Of a stretch of DNA of 64,000 nt, positions 9,901-20,052 are shown in pieces. Each line of letters starts with the position of its first letter. Within the stretch, counting starts at the first letter, position 1. The position numbers and the translations under genes were made by a program. A model generated the notes under the pieces. That model was not told where the DNA came from and searched no databases. It worked only from the letters and a program-made list of their open reading frames with translations. This stretch comes from Azolla caroliniana (lineage: Eukaryota > Plantae > Polypodiophyta): the NCBI GenBank assembly GCA_043228905.1, contig JBHGNT010000011.1, positions 7,936,001 to 8,000,000 on the forward strand. Reading direction: 5' to 3'.

Positions 9901-12599
9901 CGTCGCGACTGACACACGCTTGTTTGGTGCGAGGGTTATAGCACTTATAACCCTTCTGCTCGTCCAAGTAACCGACCAAGATGCATTTCTCCGCCTTTGC
10001 ATCCAGCTTCCTCCTTTTCTCCTTCGGTACATGCACATACGCAATGCTACCGAACACCCTCAAGTTCGGCTTCGTTCCGAAATATAGCTCGTGCGCCGAC
10101 ACTTGGTCTCCGATTCGGTTCTGGATGTATACCGCAGTCCTTACTGCCTCGGCCCACTAGAACTTGGGCAAGCTCTTCTCCTCCAGCATTGCCCGTGCCG
10201 CCTCCACAACTGACCGATTCTTTCTCTCGGCCACGCCTTTCTGCTCTGGCGTGTATCTACAACTGAATTCGCGGCGAATTCCCATTTGTTGTAGGTAACC
10301 GTTGAATTGACCGGAAAAGTACTCTTTCCCGCCATCCGACCGCAGGCACTTGATCTTTCGTCCCGTTTCGGTTTCCACGAACCCTTTGAGGTCCCGAAAA
10401 CAGTCGAAGACTTCGCTCTTCCTCTCAATGAGGTAGATCCATGTGTGCCGCGTGTGGTCGTCAATGAAGGAGATGAAATATCGGCTCCCGCCAAGACTAA
10501 CGTTTTGTGTCGGCCCCCACACATCCGAGTGTATAAGGTCGAGCTTGTTCCGGCTCTGGTTTCGCTCGTTGGGGAAAGGAAGTCGGTGTTGCTTCCCGAG
10601 CTGGCAGGCTTCACAAATTTGTGCCTTTCGGCCACTAAATTTGGGCAATCCGAACACTACCCGTTTCGATTGCAGATCTTGAAGCCGCTGGTAGTTGACG
10701 TGGCCTATCCGTTTGTGCCACAAGTCGATGTCCAAATCGGTCTTTTGTCCCTTCGCGAACATTGCGGTGCTGCTGTCAGTGGAGTCGAGGATGAACATCC
10801 TCCCGTCTCTGCGCCCTTGCGCAATCACACAACCTTCTTCCTCAATGAAGCACCCGAGGTCTGTAAACCGAACCTCCATCCCTTGGTCGACGATCTGTCC
10901 GACCGAGACCAAGTTTTTCGTGATTGGTGGAACGTGCAACACGTTCATGAGTTTCCCTTTCTGCCCAACGTGGCTAAGGGGAACTTCTCCGACATTCGCG
11001 ATCGGATGCGGAGTGTCGTCTCCTGTTGCGACTATTCCAGGTTGTATCGGTTTTTCAAGGTACGAGAACCACTCCTTATGGCTCGTCATGTGGTTTGACG
11101 CGCCGGAGTCTACGTACCACACCTCGTCCGATCTCGGGGTGGTCTGCTTCATTGAGTTTGCTTCGTGTCTCGTCACGAAGGCAGTCCCTTCTCCGGCTCT
11201 CCCGGAGTCTTCGGCGTAGTGCGATCGCTGCCGATTTCCCTTGTCGGTATGTCTAGAGCCGTTCCCGAAACCAGTTCTCTCCGAATCGGCGCGCTTCTTC
11301 CAACACTCACTTTCCTTGTGGCCTTTCTTGCCACAGTACCAGCACTCCGCGATGGACTTCCCTTGCTGGTTCTCATCGTTTCAACTCCCCCTGTTTCCGG
11401 AGGGTCCGGAGTTGCTGTCGGCATCACTTCGGTGCCTTCTTTCTTGATCTCGTCGGCCGCCTCCATTGCGTGCCGACTCGCCTCGTCCTCCACGTCCACG
11501 GGGCCTATCTCCCTCCGTGTACAACATTCTGTTGTCGGTGTGCGTGCTTGTAGACGCACCCACGTGGTTCTCCTCTACCAGGAGCATCGACTATAAGTCG
11601 AAAAAGGACGGCGTATTCTCCCGGGTACACACAGCCGTTCGGAATGCTCCGAACTTCGACGCCAAACCTCCGAGACAGATCTGGACCATCTCGCTCTCCT
11701 CGATGTTCACCTCTATGGAGGCGAGGGAGTCGCAAATATCCTTGATCTTCGAGGTATAGTCCGCCACCGACAAGTCGCGTTGTTGTAGGTTGCTCAACTC
11801 CTGTCGGAGCTGAAGCTTCCTGGTTGTGGTGCTCGCGGCGAAAATCTTCTTCAGATTTTCCCACGCACCCTTCGGCGTCTTTGCATCCCGAACATAGCTC
11901 AATAGCTGTTCACCCACACACGACGCGAAGCAGTATAATACCCTGCTCGCCGATAGCTCCCACGACGGGAAGTCTCTGTGTGTCGATTCGGGTGCCGCGT
12001 CATTAGCTCCTTTGACATAACTCCAGTAGCCGTGCCCGAGCAGGTACTGGTGCATCTTGTAGGACCAAGACGCGTAGTTGGTTCTGTCGAGCTTCTCTGT
12101 TGGAAGCGAGCTCGCCATGCCTCTATCCATTGTTCTTCTTGTTCTTCTTCGTCAAGCTATGTCGGCTGCAGAGAGGTTCTCAACCCTCGCGCTCTGATAC
12201 CATGTAGAAAGTAGCGTGCGGAAGCAAGTATGAAGACCGAACAGAAGGAAGGAAACTCAGGTTCAATGGAGAGCTTAAGCTTACACGGTATACGCAGGAG
12301 AGACAGAGAGAGTGAGAGAGAAGACACAAAAAACTATATTCAACAATAATACTCAATCTCTGTACATAAGACGTGCTCAGTGAGCACTTTTATACAAGTC
12401 CTAGAAGGACTGACCGAAGTACTGACAGTACTTCAATGCTCATCAAGAGCTCCTACACTAACTCCCAAATATATTCCTCACGGAATATCTTTCCTAACGA
12501 CCTCCCGGTTTACGCACTCGGCCTAACCGATCGGTCCCAACCGATCCGGTCCTCGGCTTCTTCAGCCGATCCGGCCGATGTTGAGCTTGTCTCTCAACA
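6962..12599 (-). mobile_element. Full-length young Ty1/copia element (397-bp LTRs 6962-7358 and 12203-12599) with disrupted coding region
   Basis: Perfect TSD ATGTC; tRNA-iMet PBS 12191-12202; PPT 7359-7375; gag (12130 onward), CCHC, PR (VDSGAS), integrase (HSDVWG, SDGGKE, ERKN), RT (YVDD), RNase H; one LTR mismatch seen. Confidence 0.97.
7353..9242 (-). CDS. Copia RT-RNase H portion of pol with a ~160-aa C-terminal extension
   Basis: ORF track 629 aa: [43 protein letters not shown], then acidic and Arg-rich tail ending ELEGEC. Confidence 0.85.
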   Translation of the reverse strand: MYKVKYNTDGSVNRYKARLVAKGYAQKHGIDYDETFAPVAKMTTVRVLLTVAAAKGWHLHQMDVKNAFLQGDLEEQVYMVQPPGFHSGTNSSAICRLKKSLYGLKQAPRAWNAKITQQLRRMGFVTSKLDSSLFIWKGRLRPVSILLYVDDLVITGVDLGEIDRVKLQLAASFDMKDLGDLHYFLGIEVIRTPEGILISQRHYVLGMLFKLGMADCKSVSTPLDRTIKLHPDTGKVCDLTRFRLIVGSLIYLTITRPDLSYPVGVISQFMARPTEEHLQCAQRILRYVNGTKHRGLLYRTGAVAQLVGYTDVDWVGNAADRRSTSGYVFSLGSAVITWSSKKQPTVALSSTEVEYRGAAVATCEAIWLKRLLKDLQEEVSDPTTIYCDNLSSIKLAMNPVFHARTKHIEVHYHFVCERVLSGEVELQYVPTDRQTTNIFTKPLGLDKLRQFSGALGLPHLDVPNLRGRTDQAKQQERSGCRDTESAEEAEGGPTEKSESGQKGSSRRKEPKPTTHRGDDAIEGEKTEDELEIANWDKSENRSGVAESVQMFDSDTLNQPRPKRKKRQQEKRQHRNNRRANKGRMSRQADRKGRSARSRTGRGVRARREARRNRRCEDLEEPRVELEGEC

Positions 12600-13807
12600 A
12601 TGTCCTAACATCGCCATCATGATTGGCGATGTCGAGATAGATCAACATTTTTTTGTTCAAGACTCAGTGTCCCATCCCATCATTCCTGGGCAACCATACA
12701 TAACATCATCATGGACGGAAACCAAAGTGTTCGACAATGGTGCAACATTTGCTTGAGTAAGGAGTCTTGATGGGAAGAAGGCCGTACAATTCTTGATTGT
12801 ACGTGCCAACCATGAAAGGAATCAGGATTGACTCGGAGAAGATGCTTCGAATTTTTATAGCAGAATATTGAAGCATGGGGCACAAATAGTCCAAGCAATC
12901 ACAACTCCCCACAAGAAAGTAGAGCGCATGGATTGCAAGGAGAAGCAACATGTGTCACACCTAGTTCCACATATAAACTAGTGCTACCCAACAAAAAGGA
13001 TAAGCATTGGATGCAAGACTTCGAGAAGATGCTGAAAGAAGAAAACATAATAGAAGAAGAAGAATTCATGACTCATATTATGGAAGAAGCCTCATTTAAC
13101 GACACCATTGGTGAAATCGAGGAAGTCGTGGACTTGAGCTATCTTCACGATCAACATGTGATTTCGGTTAACTCCGTCAACATGTACGCTATCATCGATG
13201 AATACCATCGAAGCATCTTGATGGAGGAAGCTAAAGTCAACACAAAATATAAAACGGTGGAAAGAAAGATCAAGCTAGTTGCGGTTTCACTACCAAAAGA
13301 TAGCTGGCAAAAGATGAAGGAAGTCACTAATGATCCAAGCGTAAGGGATGCAAAGGCAATAGGTCATGTCTTCACCGAAGAGACGAAAAGAAAGCTACGA
13401 GTTGGAAAGGAGGATTTCCACCTCCCTGAAGAGGAGCGAATGTTTTGCAACATGCTTGAGAGACATGGGAAGGCTTTCACATTTTTCCCACAAGAAATCG
13501 GATGTGCTGATCCAAGGATGATAGAACCGATGGTGATCTTCACGGTGCCGCATGTGTCTTGGAAATTGAAACCGATACCGGTTCCGAGAGCACACCTACT
13601 GAAGTTGATCGAACTCTTAAAGGAAAGGGTGGATATGGGAATTTTGGAACCGTCGAATCCTCCCTATTCTAATAGGTGGTTCACGGTGCCAAAGAAGAAT
13701 GGATTATTGCGATTTATCCAAGATCTTCAAACCGTCAACAAGGTGACAATTCGGAATGATGGAATTGGTCCGAGTGTGGATGAATTTGCCGAAGCGTTTG
13801 CGGATCA

Positions 13808-14099
13808 CTAGGAGGCTTAAGACTAGTGTTGAACCGATTTGGTTCGAAATAATGCCTTGTGCCTCCATTTATAGTGTTCTCAGGAGTACTCCTGAAGTTT
13901 CTAGAATGTTCTGGATAAATCTGGAATATACATCAATTTTCTATAGTAAAACTTAAATGATAATAATATCCTTTGTATTACAACATAAGGTTATGGGTCA
14001 AGAGCTCTTGACTAATATACATCTGGAATATATTGATTGGTCAAGAGCTCGACCCATGTAACATAAGGTTATGGGTTCGAGTCTTACCATATCATGGCA
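13808..14099 (-). mobile_element. Partial LTR (5' part) of the chromovirus C family
   Basis: Reverse complement matches the LTRs at 27615 and 44706, including the HSE, TATA and AAATCGGTTCAA. Confidence 0.88.
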
Positions 14100-14297
14100 A
14101 TATGTTCATCAGCTTTCCGTTTTGTCCTACATGGCTTAAAGGGACTTGTCCGACATGCATAATCGGGTGAGGGGCGTCGTCTCCTGTTTCGACAATTCCC
14201 GGTTGTTCTGGTTTCTCTAAAAACGAGAACCACTCTTCGTGTCTCATCATGTGATTAGATGCTCCAAAATCAACGTACCACACTTCCTCCGATCCGG

Positions 14298-15905
14298 TGT
14301 CGTGAAAATCCGTCATTATGTGTTGATCGTGAGGCGGAACCGTCGGGGTTATGGATGGGAAGAAAATAGGGCTCACACACACAACACAAGGAAGGCTTAC
14401 ACAAACAAGGCACGAGTATTCGAACGTGTTTGCGAAAAGGAGAGGTGTGCATGGGCAAGCCGGAATCAACGCCTAGTCACAAGGTGAACGAATGCACGTG
14501 AGGAAGGCTTACACACGGACACACAAGGAAAAGGCTTAGACACACGAGAGACAAAGTTTCGAATGCCTTTGTGAAAAGAGATGTGCATGGGCAAGCCCGA
14601 ACGCTCCCTTGTTACAAGACACGCGAACACACAAGGAAAAGCCTTACTTACACACACAAGAGACAGAGTTTTGAATGCCTTTGTGAAAAGAGAGGTGCAT
14701 GGGCAAGCCTGAACGCTCCCTTGTTACAAGACACGCGAACACACAAGCAAGGTTTACACACGGGAGACACAATTTCGAACGCCTTAGTGAAAGCAGAGAT
14801 GCATGGGCAAGCCCAAAATGATCCCTTGCCACAAGTCGCACGAACACACAAGCAAGGTTTACACACGGGAGACACAATTTCGAACGCCTTTATGAAAGGA
14901 GAGGTGCATGGGCAAGCCCAAACACTCCCTTGCCACAAGTCGCACGAACACACAAGTAAGATTTACACTAACACGCAAGACACGTAAGTTTGAATGCCTT
15001 TGTGAAAGGAGAGGTGCATGGGCAAGCCCAAAACGCTCCCTTGTCACAAGACACAAAAACAAATAAGCACAAATGACGATAACATATATAAGACAGGTAG
15101 GTTTGAATGCCTTTGTGAAAGGAGAGGTGCATGGGCAAGCCCAAAACGCTCCCTTGTCACAAGACACACAAACAAATAAGCACAAATGACGATAACAAAC
15201 AAGCACAATCAAGATTTACACATAAGACAAGTAGATAAAAGAAAACATTAGTTTATATCAATAGAATAGAGTCTTTTATAATATAAGAATCATGTTTCAA
15301 TGGGTTGGATGCGAATATGAAGGATTGTTTATAAAGGAATGGGGGAAGAGAGGTGGAGGAAAGAAGAGAGTGGAGTATAGAAGGAGTTTCTTTGTTGATG
15401 ATGCCTCTCAATGTTGTTGATCCTTCTTCTTCCACTTTCCAATTGAGTAGAGCTTCCACGTTCCTTCTCCCTCACCCCCTTCTTCACTAGAATAGGCTCT
15501 TATTTATAGGTTTAGGATTGCTTGCATTTTTCCCCTAAAAAAAAGCTTGTCTATATGAGTCGACTTTTCTTTTCCTCACTATTTCTGTTTTCTAGCCTCA
15601 AATTTCACATGCAAGATATTCTTGGCAAGCTCTTTAGGTTAGCTTTCTTATGCATCTTTTCTTTTCTAATTTGGACATTTGACGAGGAAATTATGAGCTT
15701 TCTACTCGACCTTGCTCCTCATATCCACGGCTAGCTTTTCTTTTCCCATCTTTTTCTCTAATTTTGTCTACTTTCAAAAACCTCTTGTAACTTTTTATCC
15801 TTTCATTTATTACTATAGTTGACTTAAGAAAATTAGTTTATTTGGACCACTATTTTATTCTCTTTTGAGGGTGGTTTCACACTATGTGTCGAAAACATCA
15901 CGACA
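14298..15905 (-). mobile_element. Solo LTR (~1.6 kb) related to the tRNA-Trp gypsy family
   Basis: Minus-strand start TGTCGTGATGTTTTCGACACATAGTGTGAAA and end ...GACGGATTTTCACGACA match the family termini; flanks CCGG / CTGG; copia gag-PR reading is contiguous across the insert. Confidence 0.82.
14400..15200. repeat. Minisatellite, ~7 units of ~104-136 bp, inside the solo LTR
   Basis: Core GAATGCCTTTGTGAAAGGAGAGGTGCATGGGCAAGCCC near 14449, 14585, 14697, 14800, 14905, 15015 and 15129. Confidence 0.9.
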
Positions 15906-16419
15906 CTGGAAGTTGTTTTCTTCATCGAGTTCGCATTGTGCTTCATCACGAAGGTTGGCCCTTTACCGGTCTTCCCGGTTCTGGATCCTTCCGATCCTTC
16001 TACGTAGTGCAAGCTTTGCCGGTTTCCCTATCCGGCCTTGCCAAATCCGGATTTTCTCGAATTGGCGCGCTTCTTCCAACACTCGCTTTCTCTGTGGCCT
16101 TTCTTGCCACAATACCATCAATCTGTATCCGCCTTCCCTTGCGACAATATGAGCATTCCGTGTAGGCCTACCCTAAAGCCTAAACCCTAAACTGGCGCCA
16201 TTTTGACTCCCCCTGCTCGTGGAGGGTCCGGAACTGCTATCGGCACTATCTTGGTGCCTTTGATTCTGCTCTTGTCGGCCACCTCCATTGCGTGTCAACC
16301 CACCTTGTCCTCCACGCCCACAGGGCCGCTCCGCCTCTGTGTACAACATCTGATTGTCCGGTTGAGTGGTCCTCGACCCACTCATGTGGTTTTCTTCGAC
16401 CATCAGCATTGATTCCAGG

Positions 16420-16590
16420 CATAGTTCTAGCCATACGTCCCATTCGTGTCATACTCAAACGCCAATATTCGTATCATACTCATACGTGAAAAGGCTCCAA
16501 GTATGATTGAAATCCATACGCGGTACATAGATATATTATATATACATATGGTGTATATGGTGTACATAGTGTGTGTGTGTGTGAGGGGGG

Positions 16591-16647
<57 letters not shown>

Positions 16648-17030
16648 TGTGTGGTCTAGAGAGAGAAGCCCTGTTTTGCATGTGTGAGGAGACAGTGATT
16701 GAGTGTATATCTAGACTCTAGAGAGAGAGAGAGAGAGGAGCTATGGGTTTTGTCTGTGTGAGGGAGTATGTAATATGTATATTAGATATCTAGATTTTGT
16801 AGAGAGAGAAAATCTGTCAGTTCTCGTGTGAGAGAGAGAGAGTGTGTGTGTGTATGTGTGTCAGATGTCACTTCTATTCACAAAATATTATGAATATCAA
16901 AAAAAAAAAAAACCAAAAATAAGTCAAAAAAAAAAAAAAAGCCAAACGAATATTGCGTATCATACGTGTACGTTTGCAAACGTTCGCGTACGTCCAATAA
17001 ATTGGACGTACGCGAATATTAGGAACTATG
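16420..17030. mobile_element. Non-autonomous hAT element (MITE-like, 611 bp)
   Basis: TIR CATAGTTC.../...GAACTATG; perfect 8-bp TSD ATTCCAGG (16412-16419 and 17031-17038); internal (GT)n/(GA)n tracts; no transposase. Confidence 0.92.
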
Positions 17031-17201
17031 ATTCCAGGTCGAAGAAGGACGGTGGCTTCTCCCAAGTGCTGATCGCCATCTGGATTGGCCTGTACCGTTG
17101 TGCTAGACCACCAAGGAAGATTTGTACCATTTCGTCTTCGTCCACCGTCACATTGATGGACCCGAGCACATCACAAATCTCCTTTATTTTGGTGGTGTAC
17201 T

Positions 17202-17655
17202 TGTTGAGAGACAAGCTCAACATCGGCCGGATCGGCTGAAGAAGCCGAGGACCGGATCGGTTGGGACCGATCGGTTAGGCCGAATGCGTAAACCGGTACG
17301 CAGACCGGTGCGTAGGTAGGGCCGGATCGGTGCGTAAACCGGGAGGCCGTTAGGAAAGATATTCCGTGAGGAATATATTTGGGAGTTAGTGTAGGAGCTC
17401 TTAATGAGCATTGAAGTACTGTCAGTACTTCGGTCAGTCCTTCTAGGACTTGTATAAAAGTGTTCATTGAACACACATATGCATAGAGTGTGGTGAATAG
17501 AGATTGTGTATTTTTTGAATATACCTCTTGTGTTTTCCTCTCTCACTCTCTCTGTCTCTCCCGCGTATACTGTGTGAGTTCAAGCTCTCCATTAAACCTG
17601 AGTTTTCTTCCTTCTGTTCGGTCTTCATACTTGCTTCCGCGTGTTACTTTCTACA
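17202..17655 (+). mobile_element. Solo LTR of the 6962-12599 copia family
   Basis: TGTTGAGAGAC...CTTTCTACA; TSD GTACT/CTACT; no PBS or PPT; carries extra internal repeats. Confidence 0.92.
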
Positions 17656-18566
17656 CTACTCCGTAACCGACATATCTCTCTATTGGATGTTGTTCAGCTC
17701 TTGCCAGGGCTGCAACTTACGGGTTGTGGTGCTTGCGGTGAAAATCTTCCAAAGATTTTCTCAGGCCTCCGTTGGCGTTTTTGCATCCTTGATGTAGTAG
17801 AGCATCTAATCGTGCACACAGGATATGAGGCAATACAACACTCTGCTCACTCCTTGTTCCCATGCCGAGAAGTCCTTGTGTGCCGGCTCCGGCGCTACAC
17901 TGTTCATTCCTTCCACATAGCTCCAGTAACCATGCCCCAGTAGGTACTGGTGCAGTTTATATGACCAGGATGCATAGTTGCTCCAGTCGAGCTTTTCTGT
18001 GGGAAGCGAACTTGTCATACCTCTGTCCATCTTTGTTCTCTTCTGTTCGGCATCGGGTGTTAGGGTTTGTCTTCGAAAGCGTATGTCGGCTGCAGAGGAG
18101 GCTCAACCCTTGCGCTCTAATACCATGTTAAAGTTAATATGCGGAAGCGTATGACAAAACAACTCAACCGGATACCAACAGAACGTAGAGAAGAAGGTTT
18201 AATGGAGACCTTACACAGAGAATACACGGGAGAGACAGAGAGAACACAACATAAACTCAATTCAAAAATAATAATCCTCTATACATAGAATGTGCTCAGA
18301 GAGCACTTTTATACAAGTCCATAAAGGACTTGTAGAAATACTGATAGGTACTTCAATGCTCATACGAGCGATTGACAATGACTCCCAAAAATATGCCTAT
18401 GTACTAGGCTAAATCCATAGGCCTCTAACGGCCTACCGGTTTCAATCCGATCCGGCTCCTGGTTCTGGATATCATCCAGACACCGATCCGGTTCTCCATT
18501 CCAGATTCCGATCCATCTCTTGCTTATTCAACTGATCCAGATCTGGTTGAGCTTGCTCGCTCAACA

Positions 18567-19735
18567 AGGCCGAACTGGCCGAGATTGGGGAAATTAAAGC
18601 CGAACTACGAATTGTCGAAGTCGATTGTTCGAAGTGTCCGACTTAATCAGACCGATTCTTCGTTATGCTCATTTGGTGCCGAAGGGATCAGAATCGATCT
18701 GCCGAAAGACACTTGGTCCTTATCAGCTATAGATATCTTCTCGATGCCGATTTTCCCTAAAATCACATAATCCCGAACAAAGAGATATCGAACGTCGATG
18801 TGCTTCGAGGCGTTGTGATGAACCAGATTTTTCGGCAGAGCGACAACACCTTGATTGTCACTGTAGACAACTAGAGCCGTGTCGGATTCGACTTGTCGAA
18901 ACGTGTAAGGCAACCGACCGAGCCATAAGGCCTTTTTCGCCGCATCGAACGCATCTACGTATTTGACCTCGGTTGTTGATTTGGCAGTGCACTCCTGAAG
19001 TTTCAATTTCCATGAGATTGATACATTGCCGAACTTAAAGCAGTATCCGGTTGTCGATCTTTGACTGTCCACACAATCGGCAAAATCGGAGTCAGTGTAT
19101 CCGATTACGCCTGAAGTGTCGTTTGGGCCGAATAGAATGCCAAGGTCATTTGTGCTCACCAGATATCTGAACACATGCTTTACTGTGTTCCAGTGCGATC
19201 GGATGGGATTGTGCATGAATATGTTGATGACTCCTATAGCATGAGCAATGTCATGTCGTGTCGTGACCATCACATCGCGTACATGAAGGAGCCAATTACC
19301 GGTGCATACGATACCGACTTCATAATGTCCCCCTCTGAACCAAATGTTGGGCAATCTCGTTGAGACAACCGAAGGCTAATGGGGAGCGGGGTCGAAGCAG
19401 GTTTAGCCGATTGCATGTAGAATCAATCAAGGACATGGGCAATATAGTAGGATTGGGACAGAAACAGTTGTCTTCGATTTTGATTCCGACTAATCTTAAT
19501 GCCAAGAATGTGTCTTGCCGGACCAAGGTCCTTCATGGCAAACTTCAACCATAGTTGCCAAACGAGTTCGGCAAGCTCTCCGGCTTGCCGACCGGAGATT
19601 AACATGTCATCCACGTAGATGATAAGGAAGATAGGTGACCCATCTTGAGTTGTTTTCATGAAGAGATAGTGGTCCTCATTGCTCTTCGAGAAACCGACCA
19701 ACTGAATGAAGTCATCAAACTTCTTATACCACTGT
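18567..19735 (-). mobile_element. RT-RNase H remnant of a Tnt1/Tork-like copia (element T)
   Basis: IIYVDDMLISG..MKDLGPARHILG..GYTDSDFA..HNASKHIDVRY; frameshifted. Confidence 0.85.
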
Positions 19736-19739
19736 CATT

Positions 19740-20005
19740 ATGCTCTCTCTATCTCTCCCGCGTACGTTGTGTTGATTAAGCTTTCCACTAAACCTTCTGT
19801 GTCTTTTACCTGTTGTTACCCGATTGTGTTTGTTAAGCTTTCGCACGTATTCTTTTACATGGTATCAGAGCACGAGGGTTGAGATCCTCTGTTGTCGACT
19901 GTAAAAGAATACGTTGTGCGGAAGCGTGTGCGTAAAACACAGAGTACACAGTTCGGAGGAATAAAACAATTCTGTAAAACACAAAAACGTACAGATGGAG
20001 ATGGA

Positions 20006-20052
<47 letters not shown>

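Larger units (their letters stand above)
3972..13807 (+). mobile_element. Gypsy element B (non-chromovirus, tRNA-Trp PBS): 5' LTR ~3972-5260, gag with Zn knuckle, protease, RT start; 3'-truncated; interrupted by copia 6962-12599
   Basis: LTR homology; PBS 5269-5286; CVWCDSLDHMRREC knuckle near 5850; protease ALIDHGSEIN (ORF 6784..6966) resumes at 12600; RT-like WKLKPIPVPR..PYSNRWFTVPKKNG..FIQDLQTVNKVTIRN. Confidence 0.88.
14100..18566 (-). mobile_element. Copia element H (5' LTR 18126-18566, PBS 18114-18125, gag from 18030, protease near 14100-14290) carrying several nested insertions
   Basis: MDRGMTSSLPTEKLDWSNYASWSYK gag start; EEVWYVDFGASNHM protease; PBS TGGTATTAGAGC on the minus strand. 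Confidence 0.88.

Noticed and set aside
10307-11219. Long antisense ORFs (263 aa and 174 aa) opposite copia PR/INT
   Set aside because: Typical shadow ORFs of GC-rich coding sequence, with no recognisable motif.
14400-15200. CRISPR-like array (conserved core plus variable linkers)
   Set aside because: Linkers are related to each other, unit lengths are irregular, there are no cas genes, and the context is a eukaryotic LTR; this is a minisatellite.
16427-16721. ORFs with SLSLSL/ERERER runs (also near 19855, 33300 and 47278)
   Set aside because: Translations of (GA)n microsatellites.
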